This document shows, in pieces, positions 1 through 12,509 of a DNA stretch of 64,000 nucleotides. The stretch's first letter is position 1. Every line of letters begins with the position of its first letter. The notes beneath the pieces were generated by a model that made no database searches, was not told where the DNA came from, and saw only the letters and a list, made by a program, of their open reading frames with translations. A program made the position numbers and the translations under genes. The stretch covers positions 123,132,001-123,196,000 of the forward strand of contig OZ024740.1 of assembly GCA_964016885.1 (NCBI GenBank), read 5' to 3'. The DNA is from Eledone cirrhosa (lineage: Eukaryota).

Positions 1-594
1 GTTTCCCCAAGTACGTCGTCGCTCTTCCCCTCCACCAATCCTCTATAGAACGCCAAGGTAGAGTTTCCACCGATCACATTGCCCGTTTGGTCGAGGGCTG
101 TGAGCGCCTGAAGACATTCCAGTCTCCAAGCGCTCCCTCTCGGTCTTCGCTTGACCCAGGACTGCAACTCCGTCAAGGAGACGAGCTGGGGAAAGACGCG
201 TCTAGCAAACGGGGACCACACCTGATCACCGTCGAGGAAGAGATGGAGATGCCGTAGCCTGAGCGCGTGTCTGCGCCTCATCAGCCACGGCATATCCAGC
301 CCTCCACGTAGGAGATGTTGACAGCAGATGGACCGCCTGACCATCGGAGCGCGTCCCTTCCACAAAAGGCGAAAGAGCAAATGCTCCAGCGCAGTCAGGC
401 GGGGCTTAGGACAAGGTACGACGGTCAGGCGGTAGTTGATGACGGACGCGATATACGCGTTAGCCACCTCCGCTCGACCTTTCAAGGCTAGTTTCCTTTC
501 CGCCCATTTCTGGGTGAGAGTAGCCACCCTCCTCGTCACCTCGTCCCAGTTTTTCTCCGTCTGGAGATCAGGTCCGAACCAGACCCCGAGTAAT

Positions 595-1500
595 TTAACC
601 GGTCCGTCGGTCCAGCGCCTGATGACGCTGTTGGACGGCATGGACCAGCCTCTCCAGCTGCTGAGCTGCAGGCCCACTGACCTCTCCTGGTTGATCATTG
701 CTCCTGTCACCGCTTCGTATTCTCTTAGTGTTGTGCCGATCGCCTCGATGCGTTTGGCGTTTGACACCACTACGGTGACATCGTCCGCATATGCTAACAC
801 GGATCTTCCGCATCCTAGTTCGCGCGGGACCCCTCCTCAACGTCTCCAGTTTGTGCAGTAATGGCTCGAGAGTCAATACGTACAAGAGGGACGAGAGGGG
901 ATATCCTTGGCGGACCGAGCGCATGATATTGAACGGTTCCGAAAGGTGACCGTTCACTCTCACCACGCAGCAGATGTCGCTTTGCATGGCAGCGATCCAG
1001 CCTCTGAAGACGGGCCCAAAGCCAGCCGCCCTCAGGACTGCCGCTAGGTAACGATGGTCGACCCTATCGAAAGCTTTCGACTGATGTAAATTGATCAAGG
1101 ACCCACCCGTTCCAGGTTCCCTAGCTACCCTCTCTACGATGTATCGCATGGGGAGGAGGTTGTCGTGGATGGATCTGTCGGGAATAGCGCATGTCTGCGC
1201 CTCTCCCACCAGACCACCAACGACAAGCGCCAACCTCTTTGCTAGTACCTTAGCCAAAATCTTGAACTCTGTGTTTAGCAGAGTTCTGGGCCTAAACTTA
1301 TCTATGTTATCCCCCTTGCTCGGATCCTTTCTCAGCAGCGCCACAGCTCCTCGGCTCACAGAGCTGGGAATTCTCCCGTTCTGTTGCCAGTTGCAGTAGA
1401 CGTCCGCCAAGAGGCCTCCGAACAAGTCTGGCATCTGTACGTAAAGTTCATAGGGCAGACCATCCAAACCAGGCGATTTACCCCTTGTGCAGCTAGTCAT
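595..1500 (-). pseudogene. Tx1 ORF2 reverse transcriptase segment (frameshifted)
   Basis: ORF track: GKSPGLDGLPYELY...KFRPRTLLNTEFKILAKVLAKRL...SKAFDRVDH...SVRQGYPLS; YADD follows in another frame. Confidence 0.92.
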
Positions 1501-1533
1501 TGCCTCCCGTACTTCAGCGGCTGTTATCGGCTT

Positions 1534-2769
1534 TTAGCAAAACACCGCCTCAGTGGCCGAGAACCACGGTAGTCCGTCGAGGTATACACTAGAGTCCATC
1601 CCTCGATCCGGCCCGCCGCTGCCCCCTAACAACTGAGCGAAGTGTCGCTGAAAAGCTTCACACATTTGCCCGGGATCGAGTAGCATGCGCCCGTCGTGGT
1701 CCACCAAACACCGGATAGTGGCTTTGTTGCCACGACGCGCCTCCGCCCCTCCGGCCCATTGAACGGCTTTCGTCCCCTCGTGTCTGAGAGCACGCACCCT
1801 AGCTCTGACAACGCAGCCTTCGTGCTTTGCATTGAAGAATTGGTCAAAAGCCAATTTCGCCGCAAGTACGTCGGTCGCGATGCCTTTGCTAAGCGCGTCG
1901 TCTAGTTTTCTAACTAATTCTCCCTCTGCTCTATTTTTCTCTATTGCTAAAGCCTTACTAAACCTAATGGACTCTATTCTAATTGCATTTAGTTTCCAGT
2001 AGCCGGGTCCTCGTCTATGAAGCCTATCTAAGTCAAGCACATAGATCACGAATTTGTTGTCCGTGTAGCTGACTATCTTGAATTGTGGACAGCCTATGCT
2101 AGACCTATCTATTTCTCTACAAAATACTATATCTAGATATGATCTGGATGACCCTATGCGATTTGTCCAAGTCCACATTGGCACATTCGGGAAATCCAAT
2201 CGGTACCTTTCAGACAGTTCAAAACGCCTGAGCAGGTTGGTGAGGCTCTTGCACCCTCCTCCCCTATCCGCTAATCCCACACAGTCCCAGCGTGCATTTA
2301 AGATCCCGTTCCAGTCGCCCACTAACACTAAAGAGCGGGACATTCCAAGAAAGGTCTCCAGACGCCGGAAGAAATCAGGCCGCCCTGCTCCTGTCGGGGC
2401 ATAGACGGCCACTAGCCTGAAAGCTTTCCCGTCTGCGCTGGTAACGTCTAGCACCACCAACTTACCTTCTGGGTCCAGGAAGATGGACCGTATGGCAAGA
2501 TCCAAACCTCTCCGAAAAAGCACAGCAACTCCACCCCCCGATCCCGGACGGCTGGGAGATGCGTACACATCGTAGCCGCTGAAGATCGGTGCGAAGGGCC
2601 GTGCTTCGGAGATTCTGGTCTCGCTGATGGCCATTACATCTATGTTTAGTGACCTGAGTCCGTTGAGCAGGTGGCCCTGCTTCCATGACGAACCAAGCCA
2701 CTCGCATTTATGCTGCCTATTCTGAGTGAGGTCATGTTGAAATGGAATGGAAAAGATGGGAAAGACCAC
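1534..2769 (-). pseudogene. Tx1 ORF2 apurinic-type (APE) endonuclease segment
   Basis: Motifs DVMAISETR, GGGVAVL, LVAVYAP, LVLVGDWN, WTWTN, SRSYLD, GPGYWKLN. Confidence 0.92.
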
Positions 2770-4439
2770 TTAACTTACCTCTCGTAGAGGAAGGATGGTA
2801 TGTCCATCCTTTTCACTGCTTGTGGCCTCCTCCGGAAGGATGTCTTTATGAATTCTCCTGGAGAATGTTTGTCGGAACTCTCCGATGTTTTTGGGGAATT
2901 TTTGTTTTAGTGTCGTGTACGTTTTCTGTGTGATGCGTGTGATTTGTATGTGTGGAGGTGGTGTGAACATTTGGGTTGTTGTGTAGTCTTTTTCTGTGAT
3001 GCTGGAGTTGTGTTGCATGTAGTGTAATACTTGTTTGTTGTTCAAATGTAATGCTGTGTAGTGTGTATCGTTTTGGTTGTTTTGTTTTGTTTGCGTTTGT
3101 TGTGGTTTGTTTCCGTTACGCTTTTTGGTGACTTTTGTGGTGTTGGTGATGGTGGTGTTGGGGTTAATGATGGTGCTGGTGTTGGTGTGTGTAGTGATGG
3201 GGTTGGTGATGCTGGTGTGGATGGTGGCATATCTGTCCTAACTTTTTTGTTTGATAATTTATTTGTTTCCCTCTGTATTTTGTTTTTGGAGGGGGAAGGA
3301 AGAGAATTTTTTCTTTTTTGGTTTCCTTTTTCTTTTTTCCTGATACCGTTTCCCACTCCTCGTCGTCACAATCTGTCTCCAGTTGCGATAAACCGGGGAA
3401 TGGAAAATCCTCCACAGGCGTTGGTTTTGGTTGTGGCGTTGTGGATGGTGTAGGAGCTGGTGCAAGTTCTGGCGCGTTGGGTGGTGGTGGTGTTGGTTTT
3501 GCTACTGTTGCTGGGGTTGTGCTGTTACAGTTGCTTCTGTTGTTGCTGCTAAAGTTGTTGCAGCCATTTCTGCTGCTGGTGGTGTTGATGGTTGAGTCAC
3601 TGGGGTGGGTAAGAGAGGTGGCCTCCAACTTTTAGCCTGAGGGCAGAAAGCCCTTAGGTGCTTTCCTTCACCACAAACGACTCACCTAGGCCTTCTGCCC
3701 TCGACGATTGCGGTGAGGTGGCTGCCGTCAGTGAGGTATATTACCTCTGGGATATCCTCAATGATTTTATGGTCCGCTTGGATCAGGAGCTCCATCCCAG
3801 ATCCGGACCAGTTCTTCTGCTTTTCTTTCGCTATTTCAATTATCTTGGTGTTGGCCTCGATGCCGGCGAGGACGGCAGCCATTAGCCATGGAATTTCATT
3901 GGCCGGTTGAACGTGGGTCACCCTGATCTTCACAAGTCTCTGGCCACAATAGATTGGGACGAGTGTGAAGTCGTCACCTCTTAATGGGACCTCCTGTGGT
4001 GTTTCAAAAAACACGTCCACGGTTCCATATTTCTGCCCACGTCTGATGTGGGGTTTTTTTTGCCCACACATGTCCAAAAGCTTTTTAGATTTGGCACTCG
4101 GATGCCCGTTCCACTCGGCGCGATTTTATGTTAATTGTCCGATAAGACACGGTGCATAGGCGACGATGCTTCATTTTATTAGGTGTGTGTGGGGGGGGGG
4201 GGGCTGACCCTGTACCCATCTTTCTTTACCATTCCTTTGGCTTCTTCTAATTACTCCTGAGTTACCAGGATCGCTTCGCACGTTTTTGCTACTCTGGCAA
4301 AACTCAGGGTAGTTTTCTTAATTTCATTGTTGCTGTTGTTGTTATCGTTATTTTTGCTATTGTTAATTTTAGTTTCAGTTGTGGTGGTGGTGGCGTCAGT
4401 GGTGTTCGGTGTGGAAGAGTTCATTTTGGTTGAATTCAT
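2770..4439 (-). pseudogene. Tx1 ORF1 (gag-like nucleic-acid-binding protein), broken by stops and frameshifts
   Basis: At about 3630-3700 the minus strand reads GRRPR*VVCGEGKHLRAFCP, a CX2CX4HX4C knuckle with the first Cys changed to TGA. A Pro/Thr-rich linker and a basic C-terminus lie directly upstream of ORF2. Confidence 0.75.
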
Positions 4440-4891
4440 TTCGATATCACGAGTTAATTTATTTTTTCTTTTGTTTCTGTTGTCGCTGTGGTGGTGGTGG
4501 TGGGGGTGGCGGCTTTAAGACCTGCAGTCATTGGTATTGGCGGGAAATGAACGTCTGCCTGAGACAAATTAAAAATATTGCTACTACTTACATTTCCAGT
4601 GTTGGCAAACGTACAATATTTACAATGGTCGTGTCGGTGTGAGGTGTTAGTTTGTGACGAAGGAGTGACTCTGAGTCATCTATGATTTTTCAAAGAAAAA
4701 TTTTTGTTTGATAATTATAAAAAGTTTAAATTTTGGGCTCAAGGCCCCAATACTTTTGAGTGCCCTTTTCAGAAATCAATGTATGTGCACTTATATAGAG
4801 TTAACAATAAAAATAAATGGCAATTTTAAACAACTGAAAATAACAAACCTTTGCGGAGCTCACGATGATACGATTTACTACGTTGGTCGCC

Positions 4892-4919
<28 letters not shown>
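4892..4919. repeat. (AAT)n tract; 3' tail or target of Tx1 copy B
   Basis: Abuts the minus-strand 3' end ...ccttgtggttAATAAAgaaagtattattatt. Confidence 0.9.
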
Positions 4920-4922
<3 letters not shown>

Positions 4923-6770
4923 TCTTTATTAACCACAAGGGTTTACATAAAGTAGACATTAAGGACAGTACAGGACAATACAGGACGGTTCAAGTTGGCA
5001 TTTCTGCGTGTAAAAAACAAAAACAGAGGATGTAATAAAATAACAAAGAAAAATTCCCCAATACGGGGGAGACTTCGGTGTGACATTTGTGGAGAAAGCC
5101 CATCATAAGGCCACAGTGACTTTGACCACAAGGGCAAGTGCCCTCTCCCAGTTTTCCAACTTTAATTTACAGACACATACTCAGAGTAGGCCATTCTTGC
5201 TTCTCTCACCCATCTTTCAACAAAATGCTGGGAAGAGAGCACTTCCCTCTCTACCCTGATTTTCCTTTTCAAATGAAATTTGAAAAAGTTAATCAGGGCA
5301 TCACCGAAGAGGTAAGTGCTCGTCTTCAGCCCTTTCAAACGTGTCCACCATACTATCTCTTTCGCCATGGCCACCAGACAGATAAAAACTGTCTGCCCTT
5401 CATGGGTAAAGGAAGAAGGCGGGGCAATCCTCACGATGAACTCAGCTGATAGTCGGATCCGTTCTACATGCGACAGCAGGTGTTCGACATAAGCCCACAA
5501 GTCAGCAATGCTCGGACACTGGACGAGTGCATGCAGGACGATTTCGTCACCCTGCGCGCATCTCAGACATGCCCGGCTGATGGCACCTCGATGCCTGTAG
5601 AGTTTATCCCGAACTGGCAAAGCTCCTCAGTAGCACTGCCAGGCCAGGGATTTCTGGAAGTTGTCCATAGGCCCCGGCCCGAAAGTTCCTCCAAAGTGAT
5701 TGGCTAGTTGATTTTCGTCGATGACAAGAGTGTCCCCAAGTACGTCGTTGCTCTTCCCCTCCACTAATCCTCTATAGAACGCCAAGGTGGAGTATCCGCC
5801 GATCACATTGCCCGATTGGTCCAGGGCTGTGAGCGCCTGAAGACATTCCAGTCTCCAGGTTCTGCCTCTCGGTCTTCGCTTGACTCAGGACTTCAGCTCC
5901 GTCAAGGAGATGAGCTGGGGTAAGACGCGTCTAGCAAACGGGGACCACACCTGATCACCGTCGAGGAAGAGGTGGAGATATCGTAGCCTGAGCGAGTGTC
6001 TGCGCATCATTAGCCACGGCATGCCCAGCCCTCCACATAGCGGGTTTTGACAGCAGATCACCTGACCGACGGAGTGCGTCCTTTCCACAAAAAGCGAAAG
6101 AGCAAACGCTCCAGCGCAGTCAGGCGAGGCTTAGGACAAGGTACGACGGTCAGGCGGTAGTAGATGACGGACGCGATGTACACATCAGCCATCTCCGCTC
6201 GACCTTTCAGAGATAGCTTCCTCTCCGCCCATTTCTGGGTGAGAGAAGCCACCCTGCTCGTCATCTCGTCCCAGTTTTTGTCCATCTGGAGGTCCGGACC
6301 GAACCAGACCCCTAGCAATCTAACTGGTCCGGCCATGCAGGGCCGATGACCCCGTTGGACGGCATGGACCTGCCTCTCCAGGTGCTGAGCTGCAGGCCCA
6401 ACAACATTTCTGGTTGATTATTGCTCCTGTCACCGCTTCGTATTCCCTTATTGTAGTGCCGAACGCCTCAATATGTTTGCCGTTCGACACCACTATGATG
6501 ACATCGTCCGCATATGCTGACACAGATCTTCCGCATTAGTTCGTGCGAGACCGCCCCTCAATGTCTCCAGTCTGTGCAGTAATGGCTCGAGAGTCAATAC
6601 GTACAAGAGGGACGAGAGAGGACATTCTTGGCTGACTGAGCGCATGATGTTGAACGGTTCCGAAAGGTGACCGTTCACTCTCACTACAGAGCAGATGTCG
6701 CTGTGCATGGCAGCGATCCAGCCTCTGAAGACGGGCCAAAATCCAGCCATCCTCAGGACTGCTGCCAGAT
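4920..6770 (-). mobile_element. Tx1-clade retrotransposon copy B: 3' part of ORF2 plus 3' UTR
   Basis: 5730-6770 closely matches 1-1050. It contains SAYADD, the C-terminal CLRC...H...C zinc finger (5162..5620), and AATAAA next to the tail. Confidence 0.93.
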
Positions 6771-7287
6771 AAAAACACCATCACTTCCACCACCCACAAA
6801 ACCAATGGAAAGCATACCCCTTCCTGATATAGCCAAATCGGGCAAGGAGTGCGATGAGGCTAAAGAGTGGAGAACTATTCCAACAAAAAAAGAAGAACTC
6901 TCTACCCTCATCCCCCCCAAAAAAAGAGGAAGAAAGAACCTTAAAAAACAATAATACAAAAACTACCCCACATCCTCCACCACCATCAACAGCCACAGCC
7001 CCACAACCACCTACACCATCACCACCACCACCACCAATACCACCACCACCACCACTACCACTGACACCAGCACCACCACCACCACCCTTACCATCTACCC
7101 CATCGTCACCTCCAACAACACGACAGCAAACACAGAAAACACCAACACCCGAACAGGAGACACAATACACAGCCATAGACACAGACAACACAAAGCTTTT
7201 AAATTACATTCAACACCACACCAACATCACAGGAACAAACTACGTACAAACCACCAAAATTGCACCCCCCACACACATAAAAAAAAT
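6771..7287 (+). mobile_element. Inverted ORF1 C-terminal segment of a Tx1 element, joined to copy B
   Basis: Peptides PTKPMESIPLPDIAKSGKECDEAKEW and KLLNYIQHHTNITGTNYVQTTKIAPPTHI resemble copy-A minus-strand ORF1 peptides PTPVEDFPFPGLSQLETDCDDEEW and KQVLHYMQHNSSITEKDYTTTQMFTPPPHI. Confidence 0.75.
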
Positions 7288-7310
7288 ATAATAGTAATAA
7301 TAATAATAAT

Positions 7311-8632
7311 TACAATATCATCAACTGGTCAAGCACAGAGATCCGTAGGTTCGATACAAAAATTAGAAAATCCTTTACCATGCACAGAATGCATCACCCT
7401 AAGGCAGATACAGATAGAATATATCTCCCTAGGAAAGAAGGAGGACGTGGGTTAATCCAGTTAGACATTGCGTTGAAAACTGCAACAATTGGATTATCTA
7501 CATATCTAAGGGAATCACATGATTGGATGATCAAACTCGTTTTGAAACACGAAAGCATCAACAGATCATACTCCGTTACAAAAGATGCACAACGATACAT
7601 TAATGGACTACAAATTTCAGAAGTCCCATTTACTGCTGAAATGAAAAACACAGAAAGAGCAAAGCAGGTAAAAGTAACTGCAAAGAAAGAACTGCTACAG
7701 AAACTGGCTAAGAAATTGCAAGAAGAGCTGCTGTATGGAAAATACCCAGAAAGAACTAACAATCCTGATGTTGACAAAACTTTAACCCATCAATGGTTGG
7801 CATCCTCTGGACTGAAATCGGAGACTGAAGGACTGATTATATCAGCACAAGATCAGTGTCTGCCAACAAAAAATTACCAAGCCAACATAATAAGAAATGG
7901 ATGCAACCCATTATGCCGTGTATGTAAAAAACAACCAGAGACCATTGATCATATAATTTCAATGTGCAGTCCTATAGCTCCAACCGAATACCTAAACAGG
8001 CATGACAGGGTTGCACAATACAAACATTGGATAATGTGTAAGCATTTTGACCTGCCCCATCAAAAGAATTGGTGGGAGCATCAAACATCTCCGGTACTTG
8101 AAAAAGATCACATCTCAATCTTGTGGAACTTTAGCATCCAAACAGACTGAAAAATAGATGCAAATAGACCTGATATAATACTGAAGGACTTTAAAAAGAG
8201 GGTATGCCTGCTAATTGACAACATTCCAGTAGACTAGAATATATCGATAAAAACATTTGAAAAATTGAACAAGTATAAGGACCTGGAGATAGAAATTGGA
8301 AAAATGTGGAAATTGAGAACTAAAACAATACCAGTGGTTGTAGGTTCTCTAGAAATGATACCTAAGGGGTCCAATGATTACTTATTGCAAATCCCAGGAA
8401 ACCTGCATATAGGAGATATACAAAAGATAGTACTAATGGGAACTGCCCATATACTAAGGAAGATTCTGTCAATATAAGTGCATCACAAGTCTAAACACCT
8501 AAATAGGCATGTGTGTGTATGTATGTTCTTTCTTGAACATGGTGAACCTTGTTGTCTCTTGAGGTCACTGGTTGTGACTTTGTGATAACTCGTATGAACA
8601 TAAAGCAAGACAAATGCAACTGTAATAATAAT
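7311..8632 (+). mobile_element. R4/Dong-type non-LTR retrotransposon (restriction-like endonuclease), 5'-truncated copy 1
   Basis: Motifs HHPKADTDRIYLPRKEGGRGL, LKSETEG, CRVC...ETIDHIISMC, RHDRV, NRPD and KYKDL, with in-frame stops. Preceded by (TAA)n at 7287-7310 and ends in taataataat. Confidence 0.88.
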
Positions 8633-8763
8633 TGTTTCTACTTTAGGCACAAGGCCAGCAATTACCCAGTGCATTACCGGTACTTTATTTTATCGACCCC
8701 GTAAGGATGAAAGGCAAAGTCAACCTCGGCGGGATTTGAACTCAGATCGTAAAGGGACGTAAC
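8627..8763 (-). mobile_element. SINE family 1 (tRNA-headed, ends in ATTATT), 5'-truncated
   Basis: Reverse complement has B-box gagttcaaatcc, core gcctttcatccttacggggtcgataaaataaagtacc and tail ccttgtgcctaaagtagaaacaattatt. Confidence 0.85.
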
Positions 8764-9675
8764 AACCTGCACAAATATGTGACTGACAGTAGGGAGCCAA
8801 TGCTCAAAATTGTACTGAAGGAGAAGACAATAGACCGGGGGATGTCCAAGGAGGAAATAACAGCAAGGAGGAAGAGCATCCTTCATGAAAAATCCCTTCA
8901 TAGTACCTTCTTTAAGAAAACTGAACTTAGAGATCCACAGACATGGAACTGGTTAAAAAGAGGAGACCTTAAAAAAGCTACAGAAGGAATGCTAATAGCT
9001 GCGCAAGAGCAAGCCCTCAGAACAAAGTGGGTGAAACACCATATTGACAAGGAGGATGCTAGCTCACTGTCTAGGATCTGTGGAGAGAGAGAGGAGACTG
9101 TGGCTTGGATTGTATCCGAGTGTAAACACCTAGCCCAGACTCACTATAAAGGCTGGAGACATGATGTGATAGGTAGGGTGATCCACTGGCATCTATGCAA
9201 AGTAAACACTTTACCACATTCTGAGAAGTGGTATGAACATTAGCCAGACTCAGTGTTAGAAAACGATCAGGTGAAGTTGCTATGGGATTTCAGGATACAG
9301 ACAGACAAGAAATTAGAACACAATAGGCCTGATCTGGTAGTTTTGGACAAGGAAAAAAGATTGTGTTTGATCGTAGATGTAGCCTGCTCATTTGACATGA
9401 GAGTGCAAGAAAAGGAGAGGGAGAAAATTAACCAATACCAGGCTTTAAAGTGGGAGTTAAAAAAGATTTGGAACTGCCATGAAATCAAGGTCATCCCAAT
9501 TGTCATAGGCGCACTAGGTACTATCTCAAAGAGTTTCCAAGGATGGTTAAAGAAGATTAGTCCAGCCCCGCTTTTTGGAACACTTCAAAAGGCATGCTTG
9601 CTAGGAACAGCAAGAACCCTCCAATAATTCCTGAATATCTGAGGCTGCAGGTAGAACAATAATAGTAATAATAAT
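8764..9675 (+). mobile_element. R4/Dong-type non-LTR retrotransposon, 5'-truncated copy 2 (different subfamily)
   Basis: Motifs LKKATEGMLIAAQEQAL, RICGEREETV, WRHDVIG, LLWDFRIQTD, HNRPDLVV, IVIGALG; tail aataatagtaataataat. Confidence 0.88.
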
Positions 9676-10245
9676 TCTCCTCCTTATCATCATCATACAT
9701 CTGCCTGTCACACTAGCATTGTTTGAACAGATTATCACAGTCCAAGTGTAGAGAAGTTTAAGAATCTCATCTTGCTCATACATTCCTTATTTGCTATGGC
9801 TTCTATGACCATCCTAACACCAACCACTGTACTGAATATACTGATATATTCCATTGTAGTACATGCAATACCACAGTAGAGAGTGCACTGGACACATTGT
9901 CTCATGGCACCAGCAATACCACTTCACAACGTGTACCAGGTGCATTTTTCATTGCATTAGTGCAACCACTTTACAGAATGTGTTCACCATCTTCTAGAAG
10001 TGAATGCATGTTTTCATTTCTTTGAGCAATACTCCATGTTGAGATGAGAGTAAATGAAAGACAAAGAAGTAGCCTAAGACAGTGAAGGATGATGAAAGAC
10101 AAAGACACCTGACAAACAACGTGTAATGAACACCAAAATGAATGTGAACAGCAGATGTACTGTTTTACATTTGCAAACATTCCTGAGAGAATTTTAACAA
10201 GACATTTTTTTTCTTATATTATATTTCTTGCTTGAATTCAAGAAT

Positions 10246-10460
10246 ATGAATTATTTAAATAATTGTTTCTACTTTTGGCACAAGGCCAGCAATTACCCAG
10301 TACATTATTGGTACTTTATTTTATCGACCCCGTAAGGATGAAAGGCAAAATTAACCTCGACGGGATTTGAACTCAGACCGTAAAGGGACGTAACTATGCT
10401 GGAAAGCATGGCGTCTGACTCTCTACCGATACTGCCTTTTGAATGAATTATATAAATAAT
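10246..10460 (-). mobile_element. SINE family 1 copy with 18-bp target-site duplication
   Basis: Flanks atgaattatttaaataat (10246-10263) and atgaattatataaataat (10443-10460). Confidence 0.88.
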
Positions 10461-10907
10461 ATGTACGAATCAAATATTAAAAAAACATATTGTGTGCATA
10501 CATGAATTTTTATGTTCATACATCATCCTCAACAAGCAAAAATACTACACTCACATATAAATACATTGCTTTTAAACCCCTTCTAACCACTAATATTTCT
10601 CTCTTTTACACTCAATCTATTTTTCTTTTTGTCTTTTTTTGCCATACCCACACTAGCTATTAGCAGGTTTCATGGTAATAGTTTTTTCAGTATCCATATA
10701 TTACATATCCAGCTTGTGGATATATCAGATTATTCTAAAGATTACACTGTTAGGATATTAATATGTATTATTCATCTGTTGTTGGACTCCACCAAGTATC
10801 TTTCAAAATGTCATAGATTTTACTTTTTTCTATCACAATGTGAGAATCATAAACCATAAGCAATAAACTAGTTCAAATAGATATTTTAAAGATTTATAGT
10901 GTGCGTG

Positions 10908-10919
10908 TATATGTATATA

Positions 10920-11004
<85 letters not shown>
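10908..11004. repeat. (TA)n microsatellite
   Basis: Seen directly. Confidence 0.97.
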
Positions 11005-11010
<6 letters not shown>

Positions 11011-11058
11011 AAGTAATTAGGTCAAATATTTAAAATTTGGCTTTGTTATTTAATATGT

Positions 11059-11113
11059 ACTGTTATATATATTTTGGTGACAGCCATCATTGGCTGTGAC
11101 CTCTTCAGGCAGT
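11059..11113 (-). ncRNA. Degenerate type-I hammerhead ribozyme motif at a Penelope-like 3' end
   Basis: Minus strand reads actgc-CTGAAGA-ggtcacagcca(atga)tggctgtcacc-aAAA-tatat-ATA-acagt. GAAA is mutated to AAAA and stem I has one mismatch. Confidence 0.6.
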
Positions 11114-11244
11114 CCGAATTGGTGTGGTAGAGACAGGTACACATGTTGTTAAAGTGTTTTACTCTGTCAATACTCTGATATGTCCACCTCCTGGTTGGGT
11201 TGTTATTTCTCTGAGGAACTGGAATCATATCCAGTTCCTCAGAG

Positions 11245-11378
11245 ATGGAAGTTAGTCCAGAACTAGCCGTCGAAACGGCTTGAGTTCAGCCATCGGGGTC
11301 CTACTCGTTCCTATTACCCACTCTACTATTGAGTACTTTGGTGCGTTATGGTCCACCTGGTTGCTTACCACATTTCCT
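11245..11378 (+). mobile_element. Short (TA)n-associated repeat, family Y (also at 25321-25465 minus and 58061-58370)
   Basis: Shares tagccgtcgaaacggcttgag...ggggtc...gtgcgttatggtcca...taccaca with the other copies and ends at (TA)n. Confidence 0.75.
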
Positions 11379-11528
11379 TATATATATATATATATATATA
11401 TTCATATGTATTCCTATAGGTATGTGTGCATGTATGTATGTATTTATTTATATATATCAATATATATCAATATTATTATAAATGTATGTGAGTATATTAT
11501 TATTTTGGCCAACTTTCCATCCTTAGTT

Positions 11529-11560
<32 letters not shown>

Positions 11561-12256
11561 TTCAAAATGAAATAATGCTCACCAAATTCCCTATGGTGTT
11601 TATGGAATATCAAAATATAACAAGGTTTTATGTAATGATGTATGAATAATGATCACTATCAGGAAATAACAAAAATATCTCTCCCAAATTGAGGTTCTGT
11701 TATATATTTTTTTTTTTCCTTTCATACATGCTATCACATGTAACTCAAACAAAAACAAAAACCCAAAAAAATATAAGAAACAAGAATTAAATACAAATGA
11801 ATGTAAGTAAAAAGTAGAGATTATTTTAATCCCAGTAGTAAAAAATAAAAAAAATCTCATTTATTTTCATCTAAACTTTCTTATTGATATCATTTAAACA
11901 GTTTGTATGTATATTTGTTAAAAAATAAAGCAGAATGTATTAAACATATAATGTTTTTTATTGATTTTGGACATTGGACATTGGCCATGCTACGTCATGG
12001 CCATCTAGTGTATTGAGTGATTATATCAATTCCAGAGTTCTTATTTCCGCCAGGTACTTATATTTTCTGTCTGAATTTGCTGAACTGCTAAGTAACTGAA
12101 CGTAACTAGACACAAACTTGCATATTGACAAAAAAGTTGACACATACATATGCATAAATATGTGTGTGTGTGTGTGTGTGTCTGATCATCATCATTCTAT
12201 GTTCAGTATTGTTTTTGGTGGGTCATGGGGACAATGCTTGTAGAGTCTAATATATA

Positions 12257-12490
12257 TCATCATCATCACCATTTAACGTCCATTTTTCCCTGCTGGCATG
12301 GGTTAGTCGAGTTGCGAGCAATGCCAAGTCAGGTGACCGATTTTGGCTTGGTTTCTACAGCTGGATGCCCTTCCTAACACCAACCACATTTACATTGAGA
12401 AATGGGTGCTTTTTGTCATGGTGCTTATATGACCACTTTACAGTGTGGGCTGGGTGCCTTTTGCATGACACCTACATAACCACTTTACAG
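12257..12490 (-). mobile_element. RTE-3'UTR-related short element (SINE tail or truncated RTE)
   Basis: (CAT)n-tttaacgtcc...gcatgggtt...ggatgcccttcctaacaccaacc is the reverse complement of the RTE 3' UTR at 28170-28349. Confidence 0.75.
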
Positions 12491-12509
12491 TATATATATA
12501 TATATTTTG

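Larger units (their letters stand above)
1..4680 (-). mobile_element. Tx1/L1-clade non-LTR retrotransposon, copy A; near full length, frameshifted, 3' end outside the window; 5' boundary approximate
   Basis: Minus-strand ORF1 with a zinc knuckle, followed by ORF2 pieces: APE endonuclease (ISETR, VYAP, GDWN, YLD), RT (KSPGLDGLPYE, SKAFDRVDH, SVRQG, AYADD at about 775-795) and the GGLDMP motif. Confidence 0.93.

Noticed and set aside
436-2404. Plus-strand ORFs overlapping Tx1 ORF2 (436-861, 1091-1399, 2078-2404) and minus-strand ORFs over the RTE
   Set aside because: They are antisense shadows of retrotransposon coding sequence with no recognisable motifs.
3682-3684. In-frame TGA at a Cys position in the Tx1 zinc knuckle, considered as possible selenocysteine
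   Set aside because: The copy has several other frameshifts and no SECIS was recognised, so an ordinary mutation is the simpler explanation.
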